A stretch of 62,140 nt of DNA, counting the filler, from Choristocarpus tenellus KU-1152 (taxonomy: Eukaryota; Protista; Phaeophyceae): assembly GCA_964200185.2 (NCBI GenBank). It is 11 parts of 11 records of this genome, joined end to end, with 100 filler letters (N's around TTAATTAATTAA, not from the genome) between each part and the next. Parts side by side here need not be neighbours in the genome. Positions count along the whole stretch, not along the records: positions 12,166 to 15,061 come from CAXNAD020023829.1; positions 15,162 to 20,140 come from CAXNAD020012290.1; positions 20,241 to 23,312 come from CAXNAD020022519.1; positions 23,413 to 37,572 come from CAXNAD020001267.1; 7 more parts are not named here. One strand, 5' to 3'. Positions 14,376-27,000 of the stretch are shown here, one piece after another. Made by a program: the position numbers and the translations under genes. Below the pieces are notes generated by a model, which had not been told where the DNA came from, did not search any database, and saw only the letters and a program-made list of their open reading frames with translations. The stretch's first letter is position 1, and each line of letters opens with the position of its first letter.

Positions 14376-15161
14376 CAAGTTTTAGTACCCCTATGTAACT
14401 GCAGTACTGTAATATCCTGTACAGTTAGATGCTGTACAGTTGACAGGGTCATTGCAGTATCTCCCTTCCTCAAAAACCAAATAAACAATAGTCATAATAA
14501 CAAGAATAATATAAAAAAGCAGCTGCTAGGCCTGTGTGTTGCTTGTAGAGGTAATCACACCGACCACTTCCACAGGATGTTCTCTGACCAATCTCAATAC
14601 TCGATAAGGGTCCCTCTTCTTTTTAAAATCATGGCATCTCTTCTTTTCAAAATACAATCTCTTCCTCATAACCCAAGGTATATTCGATGATCAGTATGGA
14701 TTAAATTTACTACTGTAGAACTTTTTCAACCGTGAGAAGCAGCGCCCACACCTCATGAACACTATAAATCCCTGTACTATCTTACTAAAAAAATGCACTT
14801 GCCCAGCACAACACAAATTTACATCCTTTATATATATATATATATCTTTCTACAGTCAGCAGTAAGCTCTAGCTCAACTCACGATAGGTCAACCATGCTC
14901 ATGATGGGTGCATAGACAAGGAAGGCGTGGTGATTGACATGGAACACAAAAAATCACAACAACACCCTGTTAGGACCGGCCCTCCATAGGACTTCATTCT
15001 CAATCCCCCTCCTCCACCACCCCCCCCCCCCCCCCCCCCACCTCTCCACCCACCACCCGCANNNNNNNNNNNNNNNNNNNNNNNNNNNNNNNNNNNNNNN
15101 NNNNNTTAATTAATTAANNNNNNNNNNNNNNNNNNNNNNNNNNNNNNNNNNNNNNNNNNNN

Positions 15162-16210
15162 GCCTCCGACAGGGATGTGGAGATCATTCTTATACGACTG
15201 TACACCTTCAGAGGTCCTTATATGGTTTAAAGCAAGCTTCTAGGACTTGGAATGCCAAGCTGATTTCCACCCTTAAGCGCAATGGTTTTGAGCAGTGTCT
15301 GATTAACCCATGTACATTTTGATTCAGAAGGGATGGTGTTATCAAGATGATGCTTACCGTTCATGTGGATGATATGATGGTTTTGGCGTCTTGTGATGAT
15401 TGCAATGATCTTTGTGCTTCCCTCAAAGAAGAGTTCCCAACCAAGAACCTTGACTTATTGTCTCAGTTTTCTGGTTGCACTTACACAAGAGATTGTAAGC
15501 GTGGTATACTCTCGATTACGCAGACCAATTACATTGACAGCTTATGTGAACCTTTCTCTATCCAACCGACCACTTCCATCCCTGCAGCCCCATCCAGAAA
15601 GCTTGGAATTAGGGAGGGGGACAAGATCTCAAAGGATTATCCTTTCTGAGAGGCGGTTGGAGGATTGATGTGAGCCAGCAACATGACCAGACCAGATGTG
15701 ACTAATACAGCCAGAGCTGTTGCCCGTCATTGGCATGCTCCGAGCAAAGTATATTGGAGAGCTGTGACCTAGGAGCCAAATTATCTTAGAGGGTAGGGGC
15801 GCGTCCTTTGGGTGCCAAAATCGCAACATTGGATTTTGATGTAATTTGGCTATCCTGTTTGTTAGGGAGTGTTAGTATCCTTGTTCTGGACACACCTTTT
15901 CTTAATGTACTCATTTTACCTACTCCTAATCATGTTGGAGTAGGAAAATGTCACAATAGAACCCATGGGAAGCCAAGCTCCAAATGGACAAACAGGGAAA
16001 AACTCGTACCCTCTAAGATACTTTCACTCCTAGATCCTCAAGTATCTCAAAGGGACGCGAGAGCTGGGCTTAACCAACCAGAAAGACACAGGAGTGAACT
16101 TGATGACCTATGCTGATGCTGATTTTGCCAATGAGTCCATTGACAGACGTTCTGTATAGGGGGGGGTAGTGATTTGTGGGGTGGCAGCAGTTTCTTGACT
16201 TTCCAGGACA
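15162..16210 (+). mobile_element. Degenerate Ty1/Copia pol fragment (RT to RNase H), interrupted by a MITE
   Basis: Motifs RSLYGLKQASRTW, HVDDM, AVGGLM..NMTRPD, ILKYLKGT, TYADADFA..DRRSV, with several internal stops. Confidence 0.9.
15773..16029. mobile_element. MITE family A (GAG...CTC termini, about 23-bp TIR, 4-bp TSD CTAG; Sola2-like)
   Basis: GAGCCAAATTATCTTAGAGGGTA ... TACCCTCTAAGATACTTTCACTC, flanked by CTAG at 15769-72 and 16030-33. Confidence 0.9.
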
Positions 16211-16763
16211 ATACCCCCCCCACACACATCAAGCCCAAACTGTTTGGTAATTATTGAGCTAGTATGTGATCGTCCTACAGAGAAGGGGAATAAGTAGAAT
16301 AAGACGAGAGATAATTTCTCAGCAAGTATCATTGGTCACATGGCTGAACCTCTGAAAAGCAGGCGGGAGCTTTGATGCCTTTTTGGGAACCCGTAGAGAC
16401 AATAGGGGAATGATGCTCGTAAGCGCAACACGTGAAGGGTGCCGCCTGTATACTTGCAAGTAGGAAATCGAGGTGAACCAGGAACTCTGCAATGAAGTTA
16501 ACCTCCATTACATTGCCAAAGATGTACCATGGCAGGAGAAAATACTGGGAGAGAGAGCAGAGAGAATTATTTCAACGGTCTTCGCATCTTGTTTGCCCAA
16601 GGTTGCATTGGACAGACTACTCGGGGAACTTTCGTAACCCGTTGGAAATTTGGTCTATCTTTTATTGATTAATTGGCAAGAGTGCATGCACACTATAGAC
16701 AAATAGGATGGGACAGAAACAAGTGGCTGAAGGCTTAATCGATCTGTTATCGGATTGCCTATT

Positions 16764-16929
16764 GGCCTAAAGTATCTGGAAGGGGGGCAGGGTGTCATTT
16801 GGACCAAAATCAGGAGAAGTACATTTACATTATCCATCCGACGTCTTCAACCATATCACACCCAAAATCGCGACATTAAAAAATTGACCCGAAATGGACA
16901 GCCGCCCCCCATCCCAAATACTTTGAGTC
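16764..16929. mobile_element. MITE family C (GGC/GAC termini, AAAGTATCT TIR core); other copies at 45478-45625 and 61911-62070 in reverse orientation
   Basis: GGCCTAAAGTATCTGG ... CCAAATACTTTGAGTC, with ATT on both sides (possible 3-bp TSD). Internal sequence is shared with the other copies. Confidence 0.7.
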
Positions 16930-19052
16930 ATTTCTATGAAGTAACAAGTTAGATACAAATTCAGAGTAAGATAGCAGCCGGAGATTATTACCACAAAGCA
17001 CTCGCAAGGTGGAAGTTACAAACTACTTCGGAATAGTCGCTTTGCGATTTCACTAGACGTCAAAGGCATCCGTATGGGCACACAGTGAAGAAAAACAGAA
17101 GTGAAGAAAAAACAGATAAGAAGACCTCCGATGTAGTAAAAACTGTTAAAAGGGAAGACAGTTGTTGAAAGATGGGGAGGAGGATGAAGAATGTTGTGGT
17201 TGAGGTTAGCATGAACTTTCCGCCTCCTATGCCTTCCTCATGAAATGTTAGTAAGCAGAAACAGCTTGGTACTGTCAAACAGTGGTATCTCAACGTTTGA
17301 CAAAACCAGAGGCTGTGGAATTAACATCCTCCAGTGTGTTTCTGAGTATTTTGTTCTTGGAATAGATTCAGACGTAACTCCATAGTCACTCTTCTATGCT
17401 ATACAAACAATCCGGAACAAAGTGATCAGAAACACATCAGGGGATGTTTAATCATGCCACACAATCAGCAACCTACAAGTAGATAGAGTCGTTACCAAAA
17501 TAACCTCCGACAAATGCTTCCAGATTTTGGGTCATTGCTCGGTTAGGAATGAGTTCACTCTCTTGTGTTTTCATAGCAGTGTGCTGTGTACGTAGTCTGA
17601 ATACTTGTGTGACTGGTTGGTTGTGCAGTTGACTATTAGTTTATATTTACCCCCACATGTGGTTGTGATAGGTCGCACTAGTTTATGCATCTAATACTAG
17701 TAAGTTCTGAGAGGCATTTGCAGAGGTAAGGCCAGCCCCGGTCTGGAAGTATTTGTTGGAGGTTATTACTGTAAGGACCCTAACTACTTGCAGTTGCTAA
17801 TTGTATGGCATGATTAAACATCCTCCAATGCGTTTCTGAGTACTTAGTTCCTGAGTGTTTTGATGGCACAGAAGAGTGACAATGGAGTTTCTTCTGAATC
17901 TATTTCAGGGGTTTGGAATGATATGGTGCCTGGATTTCTGTGTTTGTCAACAGCATTAATTGCACCGTGCACATCTGCATGCCTATTATGCAAGAGCATT
18001 CTGGATTTGCAAAGGTGGTATTTATGTAGCACAAAATTCTAGTTATGACAGCTGCTTGAGTGTGTGCCTCTGTGCACCAAGCACACCATCAGTTAGTACG
18101 GGCCACTACGGTGCCTATATGCACTTGTGCTATGTCCCATGAGATAAGGTACGTACCAACCACGTTGTGTGTTCAGGTCAAGATCGTCAATGGACCTAAT
18201 TATAAGAAGATATAGTCGCGATAGACTTTGGGTTGTTATTTGTGCTTGGATTCCCACTGATTGGCCTGATAGAAATCGAGTTAATTCTTATTACATTGAT
18301 CTTGCACTACTATCGGCCTTGAGCTATTTTAAAAAGAGAAATTGATGTGCCCATAACCTTAATATGATGGCACACGCCTTATCTGAGTTGGAATGTGTAG
18401 TTTCATGGTGAGTTTTTGCTGAACTTACAGGGCTAGCTATATGAAGTAGTCTTATCTTGTAGGATTTGAATTTTTTAGGGCTGACTGGAGCATTATTGAG
18501 TAAGTTTTAAGGATTTTGCTCTTTGGTATTTCGCGCTGTTCTTTCTCAGCAGCCTGGTGGAACGCTATAGGGTACACAGCCTAGTAACCGCTCAGAGTTG
18601 TTTGGGCTTGGGGGGTTGTTCAAATAGACTCCTCCAACTGTATCGTGGTAAAATGTAAAGTCAGATATTCTACAACAGTTATTTGTTGGTAAACGCAGAA
18701 CTGTTCTGTCGCATGAACGGATGAATAATAGGAGACTATTATGTTATTACGAGGTGCTTTGAAGCTGCTAGTGACCTCCCTCCTGAAGATTTATCACTCC
18801 CCTACAACATTTGGTAACATATCTGTGTTTATCATTCCTATCCATACTTTAGTCGCGAGAGTCTATTCGAAACGGTACACACAATTTTTTTTCTGACACG
18901 TCCAGATATTGTTGAGGGAGGGTTGCGGCCAACACCAACCGGCCATTACCCTCCACAAAAATACGGACAAGGTAGACGTCAGATTCAAAGCGTGCAAGAG
19001 TGATTAAACGGTGAAAGGACGGTTATTATCCACACATCAAGGAAGCATTTCG

Positions 19053-19143
19053 TAGTGGGAAAATGTCATAATAACCCCGTGAGAAGTCAAGCCCCAAACG
19101 GACAAAAGGGGCAAGACTCGTACCCTCCAAGATACTTTCACTC
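19053..19143. mobile_element. MITE family A, right-end fragment; other fragments at 20068-20140, 37673-37710, 41799-42054 and a degenerate reversed copy at 44812-45081
   Basis: Shares the ctcgtaccctcyaagatactttcactc terminus and internal sequence with the full copies. Confidence 0.85.
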
Positions 19144-20614
19144 AGCAGGAGCACGAGAAAAAAAGGAAGGACCTGGTCGGCAGGGTAAGGGAGGGAGGAG
19201 TCTCAGAGATGTTAAGCGTGGTAAAGGACATCGACGAGGCTTTCCACTAAGCTGTCCATTCATGGCGTACATAGATGGAGGCAGATGAGCCAAAAGAATC
19301 GGAGGTAGGAAGGTTTGGACCGTTTTGCAATTCTAAATCATCTTTCTTAGCCTGTGCAATACGCACTATATCATTGCTTTAGGTGCACCATGTGTACACA
19401 AAATTGATACTCCTCCCTTCCATGCAAGAGGGATACCATAATTCAACGAAGGCTCTCAGCAATTGTATAAAAGTGCCTGTTTTTTCCCTTTATCGGGATC
19501 CTTAAAATGAAATGCTGCCTACCTCTCAGTTGGTTTGATTCAAATTTAAAGCGGGGATGAAAGAACAAGCTACCATACAGCACTCTGTATGATGGCCGTC
19601 AAGGCATCTGTTGTGAATATACTCTACAATCAGGCAATATAGGGGCGCAACATGCTTAGCAATTGAGGGGTAGGATATCAGAACATTTCAAAGTGAACAA
19701 TAGAAGGAAAATACTAGAAACAGAACATGTTTTGAAGGCACTGAATAAGTTGGGGGATTCTAACTTACGTCAACGAGGATGAGACACTAAGTGACAAACA
19801 ACAGAACACATTCTAAGTGGGGAGAAGGCCAGCCGAACCAGAAGGAGAGAGCCTGCCCTGGAGAAGGGTCAGTTCATCCTTTCTGTCCTGCTTCGTGTGG
19901 TAACTATTCATACTTGTAATGATATTCAGTAGTGTACAGTAGTGTATATGGCAAAGCGGTATTGCCCAATTCCAGTAGCGGAACAAACACCATTATCTCG
20001 TTTCTAATGACACAAGGTTCGTGCACATTCCGTTTTTCTATATTTACTCGTTTTGTGTCTCAATTTTGAGTCAAAGTATGTTAGAGGGTAGAGCCGCGTC
20101 CATTTGGGGACCAAAATCCAATGTTGCAATTTTGATGTTANNNNNNNNNNNNNNNNNNNNNNNNNNNNNNNNNNNNNNNNNNNNTTAATTAATTAANNNN
20201 NNNNNNNNNNNNNNNNNNNNNNNNNNNNNNNNNNNNNNNNCCCTCACAAACCACCCCCCCCCCCCCAGATACTTTGACCCTATTGTAAGGGACAAGAATT
20301 TGACTGGAAAAATCGGGCTAACTCTACGTTTTGAACAATTATCACATAAACAAGTGTGCGCAAAAAATTAAATACATATTTCAAACTGCCCTTTGACACT
20401 CTTGGATACTTCCAGAAGGCAGTAACAGGCCTTTCACTATTTCTACGAACTTTGCGGAGCTATATTTGATATTTTTTACCCATAATTGCATGTTCCAGGC
20501 AAAAATCAGCAAGGGCGTTCCATATTGGAGTTGACTATTGCCTTGTTAGAAACTTCTCTTCTGCGAACCACAGACTCACATAGGCTTTCCCAAATATTTT
20601 GTGATACTCTGCAG

Positions 20615-21167
20615 GCACTAGAGCTTCATCCAGACTATCTCACCCACCTAAACTATGCAGTGACTCTTTTCAACAATGACGAGCCAGAGAGGGCAAAGGA
20701 GCAGTTTGATCTCTTCCAGGAACTCTTCAAGGTGAAGTGCTCCTACTGCTCCATAACCTCCTCCTCTTTCTCCTCCTTGTCTGTTTCTTGACCATTGCAG
20801 CCCATTCCGTGTTCGCTCCCTGCAGTCTATGTCCAAGACTATTTCAACATGCATCCCTCTTCTTTCCAGACATGGCAGTTGACATAAGAATCGCATTACA
20901 AAATTCATCTACAAGAAAAATATAATCTATGCTGAACACACAGACTCACTGGTCCAAAGACTGACCTGCATCAGTGTCTATAGCTTTTGGCTCGGGCTTA
21001 TCATCTCCAGAACTTGTCATGCACTCTGTGAGATCCTCCACAACTAACTGTCAACAATAGGCTGAAACTGCCTCCCGTTTTCACAGGATCTGGACCCAGA
21101 TGTGGAGCATGATCCTCACGTATTATCCAAAAGTCGAGCTCTGGAGAAGGCTCTCCTGAGCTGTTGA
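20615..21167 (+). CDS. BBS4: BBS4-like TPR protein, last two exons
   Basis: Exons 20615-20731 (ALELHPDYLTHLNYAVTLFNNDEPERAKEQF) and 21087-21167 (DLDPDVEHDPHV...LLSC*), phase 0. LNYAVxLxN resembles the BBS4 C-terminal TPR. Confidence 0.72.
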
Positions 21168-24075
21168 TCGACTCTCCTAAACTGCATGCACTCTGATGTT
21201 TTTGAAGAGATAGTGAATTTTGCATTACTTCTGGGCTCAAGAACTATTTTCTGCGATTCCCTCTTTGATTAACGCTCACTGGTAGCACCCATCCTGGTTG
21301 TTCTTAGTACTCAGTGGTGGTACAGATACGCAAGGTGGAACAAGGATGCTAGACTATTGTGTTCAGGCTTGTTCAAGGTTGTTGAGTAGAGAAAGGGTTG
21401 TTATCAGAGTGCTTGTGGTGGTGTCAATGAGTCTCTCATCATTAGCTGTTGTTTAGAAGGATATTCTATGTTCTCATCCTTGTGATCAAATAGAGATGAA
21501 CTGTGACCGAGCATTGCGTGTGCCTGCATGAATGTAAAGGGCTGTAACTGCCAAAAGTAGCCATGACACCTGTAATGGGACTTTTAGGTGATATTGGCAA
21601 AGTGGGTAGGACAAGAAGAGCTGCCATGTTCTTTCATCCCTGCTTTGCCTGGCTGTTTTCCTCTTCGGGCTTGGTTTGATGGACCTCCTGCTTGATTTTT
21701 AAAAAAGTCGTTGTGCTCTATTTATTCATCTGAAGGTTTTCAGGAGACCTACCTTGCACAAGAATGTAGCAATTGGGTTGCAGGGGTCGGGAATCGATCA
21801 TTAAGTTTCCAACCTTGAGTATAGTGTTCGATTCAATTTGAGCAGAACAAGAAACAATAAGACTACATATGGGTTTGCGATGATAAGGAACACAATGGTG
21901 CTGGTATAAAAACTACGAAATGCTTGGCAAGCAGAGATTGCAGAATAATAGGACTGCGGCTAGGTGGACGACAATCAACTGTTCTTAAACCTGATAATGG
22001 GGTCTTCTATCTCAAGGGAAGGAAATTTTCAAAACCAAGTGGTTCAGGAAGAATGTAGTTTTCACCACATCAAGTACCTCACTGACTCCTGGTGTATAAC
22101 TTTTGCGTATCACTCCCTGACCCATTGACGGATTTGATCAAACTCATCACCCTGTTGCGGGGAATACCAGGATCAGCACCGTTCCCTAACCAAAACTAAT
22201 TTTATTCACGGGCCCACTCCATATGTTCTCATTGCTGTGCCATGAAACTCTTCATTCTTCCTGCCCAGTAATCCTACGCCTGGCTTACAGCTATTTTGTG
22301 TGAATTATTAGTGAATACAAGGAGGAAGAAAAACAACGTAGTACATATTGACAGAACCAATCGTCTTCAAGATAAACAATATACACATTGCTTTGCTGTG
22401 TTCCGGCGTTTTGCATTTAAGTCGATATTTTATATATTTTCATGTCACCCTAATTTCTATGGATGAAGTGCTAAGACTGACCTGAGATCATTGATTTCTC
22501 TTATCGTTTGAACATTTTCGACAGGATTTCTAAACGTCCCCATAATATGCATTTTTGCAAAAAGTCGAATTTCGCACGTTTGCAAGTAGTATCCTTTAAA
22601 AAACCTTGGGTACCTCTCGATTATTTTGTTTGAGTGTTGGTTGGCCAATCTTCTCTAAAAGATTAATCCTTGAACATATTTTCTTCCCGATGCTTTTATG
22701 CTCTTGTGTCAGTGAACCTTCTGTAGCATACTCCATAAGGGCAGGTAACCCAATCCAATCAGGAAGTGATGTGTGGAGCTTTGCCCTCCATCAAATCCCT
22801 TCCTCTAACCTAACTCCTATCGCATCACTACTTCCCTATATACATATAGTACACAAAAAACATATTCCTTCCCATAGTTCTTCCTCCCTCCACAATCCTA
22901 AGCAGCACTTATTTTGTCACCCCATGAGAGTCCATCGAAGACTTGGACACTGGCGTTTAAGAGAGTACTGAACCCAACTATAACGAGCAGAAATATCTAA
23001 ATGTCGCCAAATTTTGATGGGAGTAAGTCCCCAATGCCAAAGCATGGGCGATATACCATCATTTCCTTCTACTTGACAAAACAGTAGTCTTACATCTGTG
23101 TTGCATTGAGTCTCTTTGGTGACATAGGAGTCCTTCTGACCTGGTAGGGAATGTGTTGTCGAATAACCTAGTGTTATTATTATGCCCTCTGACATTTTGT
23201 AGATGTGTCAGGGGGGAAATAAATGAAAACTATACATCGAGTATCCAGACTACGCCAAATTGTTTCGGTGACTACGCAAGTAGCATTATCTCGACGAGTC
23301 ATGCGTTTTAAGNNNNNNNNNNNNNNNNNNNNNNNNNNNNNNNNNNNNNNNNNNNNTTAATTAATTAANNNNNNNNNNNNNNNNNNNNNNNNNNNNNNNN
23401 NNNNNNNNNNNNACACACACCCTCCCTAAAATAAAAGTCTCAAAAAACCCCCCCACAACACAAATCCACCACCCCTTCCCCCCCCCCCCCCCCCGCCCCA
23501 ACTTCCAAACTATCCAACCCCGAGCTGATTTCTCCCACCTCTCGGGATAAGGTGCCATTATGCAGCACTCTCTGCTTACGTATAAATCTAAACATAGTCC
23601 ATCCTGGTTGACAATTAAAAAAATATCATATTTAAATTTAAATTTTGGTGTACAGAGGTTTTATAAATATAAATTAAATTCGATAGATCTACCTCACCAT
23701 TGGTGTGCTTATCAGTTTCCCTGATACATACCATCTAGCTGAGGGAAATGCGTTTAAGGCCATGTTGAAGTATCCCAACGGCTTCAGCTAGTATGTATAT
23801 AGGCATGGCAACCCAGATCAAGTTCTTCCTGTTGGAGATTGTTCTTTTCCATACCCTAACCCTAAACTAAAGTGAAAAAAACACTCCCAGTAAGAACAAA
23901 CAGAAAATATGGATGTTCAGGTTCCTCAAGGTGTCCTTGCAATAGACCCTTTGTAAAAAAGAAAACAGTCACGCATTCAACATATTTTTCATAGGAAAGG
24001 AAATGAGTGCATCTCTTCTTGAACACCAACAAAAGAAATTCAGTTACAAGAATACATCAACCATCAACTCAGTAC

Positions 24076-27000
24076 CTGTGAAGGTCATATATGGCCATCT
24101 TACTCCCCCTTTGAATCTCTCTACTTCGTTTTATCACAAACTCCCTGCACAGGAAGGTGAACAGAGGAGAGACAAGGAAAGACAAAACGTTAGAATTACA
24201 CACTAACAATGAAGCCCACCCATTGCAAAAACCGAGTGACACCAACATCAACAATATGAAATGACATGAAGGATTAAAAGATTGATAAAAAAATCCGTGA
24301 GGATATTGCTGATACTTGGGAAAGGAAGTTGGGGGTAAGGTGCACTAGCTACCTAACAAGGTCAATGGATTAGAAATGTATGTAATTAAACGATATGGTG
24401 TTAAAGGGCACCAAAAGTCATTCAAAAAGCACTTACAATTAAAATTTCAGCAGTCTATTTGTGTCTAAAGTATATCCTACAAAATGACACAAGTCAGTTC
24501 TGAAGAACCTTCTGGTTGCACCTGTCCAAAGGCCAATTAGAACACACATTCCATGATATACATGTGATCAAGTACATATCTAAGTACAAGAATATAAACC
24601 AAACAGCACACCTCAAGTACAGAGCAAACCCTAGGCAGTCACCAGAAGGAGCCGATATCAAAATGATACAACAATCAAAGGCACTTATCAAACACACAGA
24701 CAGGGTACACCAACATCCCCAGATGAAAAGAGACGGTGAACTAAATAACATAGAGCCAGTGTACATTACCTTTTCAAATCAAATTCCACCATTGCCGTTC
24801 TCATCCTTTCCAGCTCTTCGTAATCAACAGTTGCCCTCCCCCCAGACAAACCACCCACCTCCTCCACCCTAATGCCCTCCCCCTCACTGACCCCAGTGTC
24901 TGCTGATGATTGTTCCATCTGCTTCAAACCTGACTCACCTTGCCCTCCCGGTAACCCACCCCCATAATCAGTGCCAGCACCTTGTCCCAGCACAAGTGAT
25001 AGTTCATAAAGCATGTTATTTAACTTCTTCAAAGTGTTATTTACTCCATCATATCGGTGACGGAGAGAATCATTTCGGAAGTCAAACTCCATAAGCTTCC
25101 TGCACAGCTTCTTTGTCAGGGCCTGACATGCCTTAACCGAACACCTGTCCAACACAGCGGCCTATTTTGACATTTTCAAGGAGAAAGAAAAGCAGAGGAA
25201 CAGGGTGTGTGTGTGGAGGTGGTTAGGAAGGGGATGAAAAACAACACATTTTTTTGCTCGTCTCACGGCAGACAGCCTTCCCTTCAACAACACAATAGTA
25301 GGACGTCTTTCTTCAAGCCACAAAAACGGCAACTATTTTTTCCCTCAGAAATCAACACCCTTTGTCAACCACAGTTGAAGGTAGGCAAGCCTCTTACACC
25401 AAACACCAAAACATTTATTTACATCAATGAACAAATTTTGCAACTGTAAATCACACACGCCTTCCAGGTCCACGGCCATCAGACTCTTAAACCAAAATGT
25501 CAAATTTGAACAAGACACGAAATACATCCTTTTTTTTCCCTGTAAAATAATATATAAAATATTACTATGTTCTTACACATACATCACTCACCCTTGAGGT
25601 CTACATCCGCGACATACATACCAGAAGTCATTTCTGCTGCAACAAACCAAAAACACAATATTTGGACACTCTTAACAAAAGTCACTGCAGCTATAATATG
25701 CAGAGAGTACTGTTAGAAAAAAGGACTATACTACATCTCCAACTACCAGTCAGGTGCATGCTTGTTCTGCTCAGAAGGAAAAGCGCAAACTTCAGGTTTC
25801 CAGCACAGTGAGGCGTGCTTTTTTAGCCTCCATCAGAAACGGCGGAAGTTCTTTCTCATCACTGCAAAAAATTAAAGACACCCCTGTCAAGACTGTCACC
25901 ACATCAAACAGCACTCTTTTTACTCAGAAGAATAAGCGCAAACTTCAGGTTTCCAGCACAGGGAGGCGTACTTTTTTAGCCTCCATCAGAAACGGCGGAA
26001 GTTCTTTCTCATCACTGCAAAAAGGTATCACTATATTTACTGTTCATTTGCCACCTTGAGCCTTCAAGACTTTGTTTCTGGCTTCAAGTGACGGTGTTAA
26101 AAAAAAATCATGCGTACAGTTGTAACTGAAATACCACGAGATCCCACTTTATACAAAAACTTCACAAACGGTTTAGGAATAAAGGTGGTAAGACTAGAGA
26201 CAGTACAACAAACCTATCGACAAAACAATATCAAAATGAAAGAGTGAGTTTATAAAAATCATCAAAGCAGATCACAATGCATCAAAATGAGACAATTGCA
26301 GCTATTATCCAGCAAACACTCTCATACTAAACAGGTGGGCAGAAGTTCTACATCATTAGCACTGTTTAGAGAACCTGTCGCTGCTTGACATGTCAAGACA
26401 CGAACCAGAGTAAAACAAGTTCTCATTGCAGCTCTTAGAGCCCTCTCAATACCACAAACCATCTCCTTGAAAAAAATTCATCTCAATTGATGTTGACTGT
26501 ACTTGAACTACAATAAAAAGTAAACATTCTGAAAATATTCAAGTACATGACCTTTTTGAAGCCAACAAACACACTTCTAAATAGCAACAAAAATATGGAA
26601 CAGATTAACAACACATGGAAAAATTGAAATAAAAAATCAGTGCTCAGAAATTTAAGCGCAAACTTCTGGTTTCCAGCACAGGACCTACTCAAGGCGGTCC
26701 TCAGAAACGGCGGAAGTTTATTTTCATCACAGCACTCACTATCACAACACCAATCATTCCTGTGGACCTGGCCAATCACATCAACCCCTGAAGCTTGGCA
26801 TGCTGACTACGCCCTCCTTAACCACACAGAAAAATTCAGACAAAAGGCAGATACGCCTCCTTCGGTGTTCCTATGCAACACCACAACAGAAGATGTGTTC
26901 AAGATCATGAAACAATTTTAGTAACAAATTAATATTTACTGGCAATCAAAGAGAGCGAGTCCTTATCCTCTCACATCATGGACCCTGCACAACCACTTCT

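Noticed and set aside
15005-15061. Poly-C/G tracts at contig ends as G-quadruplex elements
   Set aside because: They coincide with assembly breaks (also 1-25, 20255, 23478, 49928, 62065), so their length and sequence are unreliable.
15808-16116. Recurring ORF family (also 41860-42096, 43621-43815, 19055-19288) as a small protein family
   Set aside because: These are chance frames within MITE family A copies.
25590-25640. Exon-like segment (cag...aagg|gtgagt) in the snoRNA-host intron
   Set aside because: It is out of phase with the flanking coding exons. It could be a non-coding alternative exon but is unsupported without RNA data.
25754-26921. ORFs containing repeated RNGGS or DEKELPPFL peptides
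   Set aside because: They are translations of the snoRNA repeats. Conservation follows the boxes and stems rather than codons, and the flanking translin exons join in frame without them.
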